IMG/VR virus record: IMGVR_UViG_3300045988_160359
Coordinates: 53,570-117,569 of that record
Origin: a virus
DNA: 64,000 nt
Strand: one strand, 5' to 3'
The notes under the pieces: model-generated
Told to the model about the DNA's origin: nothing
The model's database searches: none
The model's input: only the letters and a program-made list of their open reading frames with translations
In this document: in pieces, positions 59,585 through 64,000 of the stretch
Numbering within the stretch: the first letter of the stretch is position 1
How the letters are laid out: each line of letters opens with the position of its first letter
Translations under genes and position numbers: made by a program

Positions 59585-59656
59585 AGAATAGTCACCCTCC
59601 TTTCATTAAATCACTACCTATATATTTTAATTTTTTTATTAAATTTATTATTTATA

Positions 59657-59968
59657 TCAGTCCTTTTCTGGATAATAATACTCAAACCCATGATAAGGAA
59701 AATCAGTGGTACAAGGTTTAATAATAGTATCAACAATATCATCAGCAATTTCACAATCAATATAAGAAATATTACATTTATATCCTCGACTATTAGTATT
59801 ACCTCGTATAGCTCGCCAATTATCTCCATTTTCATAAGTAATTATATATTCATTTTTAGTTTTAACTATTTGAATAGGGCTAATATGGAGATATTCGTAT
59901 TTTAGTGCTATCTAATCTAATTTATTTACTGCTGAAATCCAACGATTACCCCAAACGATACCTTTCAT
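59657..59968 (-). CDS. Small hypothetical protein (103 aa)
   Basis: Reverse-strand RBS aaaggagaa precedes ATG (cat 59966-59968). It has 1 TAG and stops at TGA (tca 59657-59659). It overlaps the 3' end of the Zn-ribbon gene by 26 nt in another frame. It is preferred over the low-complexity ORF 59614..59835. Confidence 0.4.
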
Positions 59969-60122
59969 ATTGTGATTCTCCTTTTATTACTTTTCCACAG
60001 TTGGGACATTTATCATATTCTTCTTTAAAACTTTTATAACATAATGGACATTGATATCTTATATCTGGAAATGGATCTAAATCTGCGGCTGCATTATATT
60101 TATTCCAATGTAATTCGCTCAT
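59946..60122 (-). CDS. Small Zn-ribbon protein (58 aa; CPLC...CPNC)
   Basis: Its ATG (cat 60120-60122) overlaps the primase TAA (TAATG), and the RBS aaagga lies upstream. Two CxxC pairs are present. It stops at TAA (tta 59946-59948). Confidence 0.5.
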   Translation of the reverse strand: MSELHWNKYNAAADLDPFPDIRYQCPLCYKSFKEEYDKCPNCGKVIKGESQYERYRLG

Positions 60123-61225
60123 TATATTATAATCCTTTCTTTAAATAATTTCAAGAAAATATCTTTACCATCATCGATTGGTGAATCCTTATAGCCAAGT
60201 AATCCTGTTTTATCAAACATAAATGATATTGTAGCATAATTTTTAAATTTACTTCTTGCTTTTAATAAATTTAATTTAAGATGTTTAAATTCATCATCAC
60301 CGAGTTCTTTAAACTGCCTATCGAATGCAATAATAATTTCTTCAACTCCACAATCTAATAATAATTGAACTTGATGACTAGATAAATTACTACCGCAACA
60401 GGCCACAGATATATCATTATTAAGACCAAAATAAGTTTTATACTTTAAAACAGATTTTTCCCCTTCAAATACTATTGCTTTTTTAAATGTCTTTATAGCA
60501 TTTTTACTCAGATTTAAGTTATATAAATTCATACCAAGAGGATGGCTATACCATTGATTATTTAAATGAATGGGTCGATATTTTCCATATAATTCACACT
60601 CTTCTTTACATAATGATCGCCCACGCAAACCAATAAATCGTCCATCAATATCATAATGTGGAATTGTTATTTGATCGCCTCCTGGATAAAAACCAATTTT
60701 AGCAGCATTTAATGCTTCTTGTGAGATACCTTCATCTAACCAAGGTGTTAATTGAACTTTATAATTGAATCTTGTTAAAATTTTTTCATCATAAGTTTTT
60801 AATGTTATTTGATTGGTTTTCTTCTCAATACTTTGAATACGACTATATTCATTAAAAATTTTCCAATCTTCAAGAGTTTTGGCTTCATCTAATTCTTGAA
60901 TTGTTCCACCTAAACCAAAACGATGAGCTACCCATAAAACTGCTGAATTTAAATCAAATTCTCGCTCATGTTGAATACGCATTACTTTCGTGCATAATTC
61001 AAATACATCAAATGTGGCGTCGCATCCGGTATAACATTTAAACAATCCCGTATTTTCATAATAGTAAAGTTTTTTACTACCTTCGCCAGGCATATTATGA
61101 CAAATAGTTGAAGAGACGATCCCAGTTTCATTATACTCAGGATCGCCTCCCCATTCTAACAACAAGTCATAAATATTATCGGTAGTAAGTTTTTCCCGGA
61201 TTTCTGACTTGTCGAATACAACCAT
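60122..61225 (-). CDS. dnaG: DnaG-like DNA primase (CHC2 zinc finger plus TOPRIM)
   Basis: It has the CHC2 zinc-finger pattern STICHNMPGEGSKKLYYYENTGLFKCYTGCDATFDVFELC and the TOPRIM-like segment VFEGEKSVLKY. The 367-aa ORF is intact with no TAG. Confidence 0.75.
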   Translation of the reverse strand: MVVFDKSEIREKLTTDNIYDLLLEWGGDPEYNETGIVSSTICHNMPGEGSKKLYYYENTGLFKCYTGCDATFDVFELCTKVMRIQHEREFDLNSAVLWVAHRFGLGGTIQELDEAKTLEDWKIFNEYSRIQSIEKKTNQITLKTYDEKILTRFNYKVQLTPWLDEGISQEALNAAKIGFYPGGDQITIPHYDIDGRFIGLRGRSLCKEECELYGKYRPIHLNNQWYSHPLGMNLYNLNLSKNAIKTFKKAIVFEGEKSVLKYKTYFGLNNDISVACCGSNLSSHQVQLLLDCGVEEIIIAFDRQFKELGDDEFKHLKLNLLKARSKFKNYATISFMFDKTGLLGYKDSPIDDGKDIFLKLFKERIII

Positions 61226-61389
61226 TAATCAACAATCACTTTCACGCATTTACGCAGAAGATTTAGATTAGTATTTACATATTCAATCAGAATATCCTGT
61301 GGATTCTTACGAGGTCCCTTGTAATTTTTAATCAGCTCTGTAGCTTGACGCTTAGACATTTTATACTCGATCTGACCAGCTTTTTCCAT
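61225..61389 (-). CDS. Small basic protein (54 aa) translationally coupled to the primase
   Basis: Reverse-strand RBS aaggaga precedes ATG (cat 61387-61389), and its TAA overlaps the primase ATG (TAATG). Local GC (~37%) and codon choice (CAG, CTG, CGT) differ from the window average. Confidence 0.45.
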   Translation of the reverse strand: MEKAGQIEYKMSKRQATELIKNYKGPRKNPQDILIEYVNTNLNLLRKCVKVIVD

Positions 61390-61400
61390 AATTATTCTCC

Positions 61401-62096
61401 TTATAGAATTAATTTTTCTAATTCATTGCTTTTATTTAAATATGAAACTCTAATTAATGGGATATTATGAGTATCACAATAATTATCTTTTAATGTATCA
61501 CATAACTATTGATATTTAATTTTTTCTTTTGTATTCCATCCACCCATATAATTTATTGAATGTGTTTCTCCATCATACTCAATTAATTTTTTTACATTAT
61601 CCTAATCATCTAAAATAGCAAAATCAAATCTTAAGTATCCATTTTTAGGAGATAATAAATCAAGAAAAACATATTCTTTTTTATATTTAATATTATTTGT
61701 TTTAAGAATAGTCTCAATAAGATATTCGCCGTGAGATTGCTTCATACAACCGCAAGACATAGTATTATTCTATTTTAAATTATTTGTAGATACTTCAGTT
61801 ATTTTTCCACAATCACATTGGCATTCCCAAATAATACCTCTATTATTGGTTCGTTTTCCAGTATCTTTTATAACTGTTAATTTACCAAATTTCTAACCAA
61901 TTAAGGTATGTGAAATTTTTTCTTTATGTAAACATCCACAAGACTGAGTTAATCCTGATATTAAATTACTATGCTAAATACTTTTAATATTTCCACAAGA
62001 GCATTGACAAATCCAATATTTATTTTTTGATTTTCGTTCTGTGTCTAATTTTAATACAGTTAATTTATTAAAAACTTGACCTGTTAAATCAACCAT
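61401..62096 (-). CDS. Homing-endonuclease-like zinc-finger protein (231 aa), with 5 in-frame TAG
   Basis: Reverse-strand RBS aaggaga precedes ATG (cat 62094-62096). Two repeats of the form YW-C-C-CGN...L-SG-T-SCGC are present (YWICQCSCGNIKSI-(TAG)-HSNLISGLTQSCGC and WECQCDCGKITEVSTNNLK-(TAG)-NNTMSCGC). A C-terminal nuclease-like segment (YLRFDFAILDD...IEYDGETH) follows. It stops at TAA (tta 61401-61403). It is invisible in the ORF track because of the TAG codons. Confidence 0.55.
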
Positions 62097-62160
62097 CTTT
62101 TTTCATCTCCTTCTCTTATTTTTAAGAGAAATAGAGAGCATTTTAATGAATTTTGTCCGC

Positions 62161-63693
62161 TCAAAACGCGCTCTCTTCATCAAAATTAATTTTTATATCA
62201 TCTATTGGAACTAACTCATATCCATAAGTAGTACAAAACATAGGTTTAATTCTACAAGTTCCTAAATCTGCTTTGCACCACAAATATACACCTTTATATC
62301 TTCCACGTCTATTTTTATAGACCGACATTTTTATTGTTGGAATTTCAAAAATATTTGTTTGCAAAATATCATTTAATGCTACTAAATCATCATCTTTTAC
62401 TGGTAATAAAATTGAACCATAGTCAATTTTATCAGCGATAGCTTTTGCTCCTCGTAATAGATTTTGGTCTGGTGTTTCAGCATCTTGATATGCACCATTT
62501 AACTGAGTAGCAGACATAATAAATACGCCATATTGATTACAAATATCTTTTAATTTAGTTGATAACATAAATAAGATATTATCTTCGCGTAATTTAACAC
62601 CACCACTACGACGAGTAATTTCTTCAAGAATTTTTAAACTTGTATGAATATAATCATGAAATACATATTTTACTTCATGGTCGCGAATACCTTTTTTAAT
62701 TTCATTCTCAACATCCATCAGAGAAAAATCAGGTAATTCACGAATGTAAATAGGACTAGAAGCAATAATTTTACCAGCCTCTAATACTCGCTCCTCTTCA
62801 TCGCCAACATATAATTTTGTATTCAAAATATGTTCTTCATTAACATTTGATAAAAATGCTAACATCATAGTTTGAATTTCACTAATTTCTTGCTCTGTGG
62901 TAATATATAAAACTGGTTCACAAATACCATTTTTAATCCAACCAAATGTTTCATCATAAATTTTATTACACCCAAGATTACAAGCATCGGCAATCATTGA
63001 ACGAGTTTTTCCAATACCAGAAGGGGCTGAACGCAAATAAAATTTCTTTAATCTGGCTCCACGCGTCACTATATTAACAAGTGGCCCGTATAATGGTGAA
63101 CCAATTTCTGGATGTTCCTTTAGAGAATCGAGCAAATCAAAAATTCCATGACCTGCTTGAACTGCTACACCTTCTATATTATTTACATATTCATATTTAA
63201 TCGTTTCAATTCTATCATCAACTAATTTTGCGATATTTTCTAATGATGAATTATCTAAATTATCTTCTTGTAATTGTTTTTTCTCGACATCTAAAATATT
63301 ATCAGGGTCATAAATAAATGATACATCTATACCATAATTATCATATGCTCTTAATAGAGACATTTTCTTTAAACGGCTATAATAGTAATCAAATGATAAT
63401 GGTTTTGCTGTATCTGTAATATTTAAAAGCCATTCTTCGCCTTTATTTGCTTTATATATACCTTGATATTTTGGACGAGAGGCTAAGAAATCATTAATAT
63501 TTTCTAAGGTAACCTTTTCAGCACCTAATTCATGAATTTTATAAATAGCCCCAAACACAACTCTGTGGAATGGGTCTGGAAAATCTTCTTCGGTTATTGA
63601 ATACTTATCAGTAAAATCAAGTAATTGTGGCGAATTATAAACACACCCAATCACTTGCATTATTGCAGTTGGGTCGACATATTTAGATGCCAT
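62161..63693 (-). CDS. dnaB: DnaB-family replicative DNA helicase
   Basis: The 510-aa protein has a DnaB-like N-domain and a RecA-like core with Walker A SAPSGIGKT. Reverse-strand RBS gaggaggg precedes the ATG. There is no TAG. Confidence 0.75.
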   Translation of the reverse strand: MASKYVDPTAIMQVIGCVYNSPQLLDFTDKYSITEEDFPDPFHRVVFGAIYKIHELGAEKVTLENINDFLASRPKYQGIYKANKGEEWLLNITDTAKPLSFDYYYSRLKKMSLLRAYDNYGIDVSFIYDPDNILDVEKKQLQEDNLDNSSLENIAKLVDDRIETIKYEYVNNIEGVAVQAGHGIFDLLDSLKEHPEIGSPLYGPLVNIVTRGARLKKFYLRSAPSGIGKTRSMIADACNLGCNKIYDETFGWIKNGICEPVLYITTEQEISEIQTMMLAFLSNVNEEHILNTKLYVGDEEERVLEAGKIIASSPIYIRELPDFSLMDVENEIKKGIRDHEVKYVFHDYIHTSLKILEEITRRSGGVKLREDNILFMLSTKLKDICNQYGVFIMSATQLNGAYQDAETPDQNLLRGAKAIADKIDYGSILLPVKDDDLVALNDILQTNIFEIPTIKMSVYKNRRGRYKGVYLWCKADLGTCRIKPMFCTTYGYELVPIDDIKINFDEESAF

Positions 63694-64000
63694 TCACACC
63701 CTCCTCTTCGTCTAAAAATGAAAATAAATTTTTCTTATAGGGTTTCCGTTGAGGTATTGGTATAGTTATTTCTTGAACTTGTGGAACATATAATGAGATA
63801 TTTTTATCTTCATTTCTTTGTTTTATCATCCATAAGTTATAGTAATAATTATAAGCATCTTTATATATCCAAGGAATTATACCAACTCCACCATTTGCTT
63901 TTTCGACAGAATTTCCTTTAACTTCATAAAAATATATAAGGGCTTTTAACATACCTGAATAAGTATAATTGTATTCCTCTACATATTGATTTAATTGTTT
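63683..64000 (-). CDS. Hypothetical protein, 5' end outside the window (frame open to nt 64000)
   Basis: ORF 63683..63952 stays open upstream to the window edge. Its TAA (tta 63683-63685) overlaps dnaB by 11 nt. Confidence 0.4.
   Translation of the reverse strand, partial: KQLNQYVEEYNYTYSGMLKALIYFYEVKGNSVEKANGGVGIIPWIYKDAYNYYYNLWMIKQRNEDKNISLYVPQVQEITIPIPQRKPYKKNLFSFLDEEEGVNGI

Noticed and set aside
59614-59905. ORFs 59614..59835 (-) and 59690..59905 (+)
   Set aside because: Both are low-complexity I/L/N-rich translations. A different - strand frame with RBS+ATG at 59968 and a TGA stop at 59657 is preferred.
62097-62160. Short hairpin (ctctta-tttt-taagag) between dnaB and the endonuclease-like gene as a terminator
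   Set aside because: The stem is only 6 bp and is AT-rich. No T-run follows on the - strand. The downstream gene's RBS abuts it. It is more likely incidental.
1-64000. tRNA genes (including a suppressor tRNA-CUA), CRISPR arrays, rRNA
   Set aside because: No intergenic space is large enough, and no T-loop/D-loop-like motifs were spotted. There are no regularly spaced direct repeats. A suppressor tRNA, if any, must lie outside this window.

Overview
This 64-kb window is an AT-rich (roughly 28-30% GC) tailed-phage or prophage genome segment in two strand blocks. The + strand from 1 to 41.9 kb is a late/structural module (a tape-measure-like giant protein, baseplate-like proteins, at least five tail-fibre-type proteins and an embedded radical-SAM cassette). 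The - strand from 45.3 to 64 kb is a replication and nucleotide-metabolism module (DnaB-like helicase, DnaG-like primase, RecJ-like exonuclease, Dda/RecD-like helicase, DnaE-type Pol III alpha, guanylate kinase, anaerobic RNR NrdD/NrdG, dUTPase, RuvC-like resolvase), and a short + strand accessory cluster sits between the blocks at 43-45.2 kb. TAG (amber) is read as a sense codon throughout the window: the fragmented + strand ORF track fuses in one frame into very long genes (2369, 2725 and 2177 codons) whose only stops are TAA or TGA, and - strand replication genes (helicase, RecJ-like, NrdG, guanylate kinase, homing-endonuclease-like gene) also carry in-frame TAG at conserved positions. Paralogous repeats within one tail-fibre gene (TAGQLFF using CAA versus TAG-(TAG)-YLV) indicate TAG = Gln, as in genetic code 15. 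The most unusual content is a self-contained cassette at 31.0-33.6 kb inside the tail-fibre region with its own sigma70-like promoter and terminator: it encodes a protein with an extremely Cys/Gly-rich C-terminal domain, a 92-aa protein and an anSME-family radical SAM/SPASM enzyme, i.e. a RiPP-like (ranthipeptide/sactipeptide-type) maturation system. Other notable elements are two NrdR-box-like palindromes upstream of phage nrdDG, a triple palindromic operator array at 42.88-42.94 kb, a SLOG/Ndt-like gene, a recoded homing-endonuclease-like gene between primase and helicase, and paralogous modules shared between tail fibres. No tRNA, rRNA or CRISPR array was recognised.
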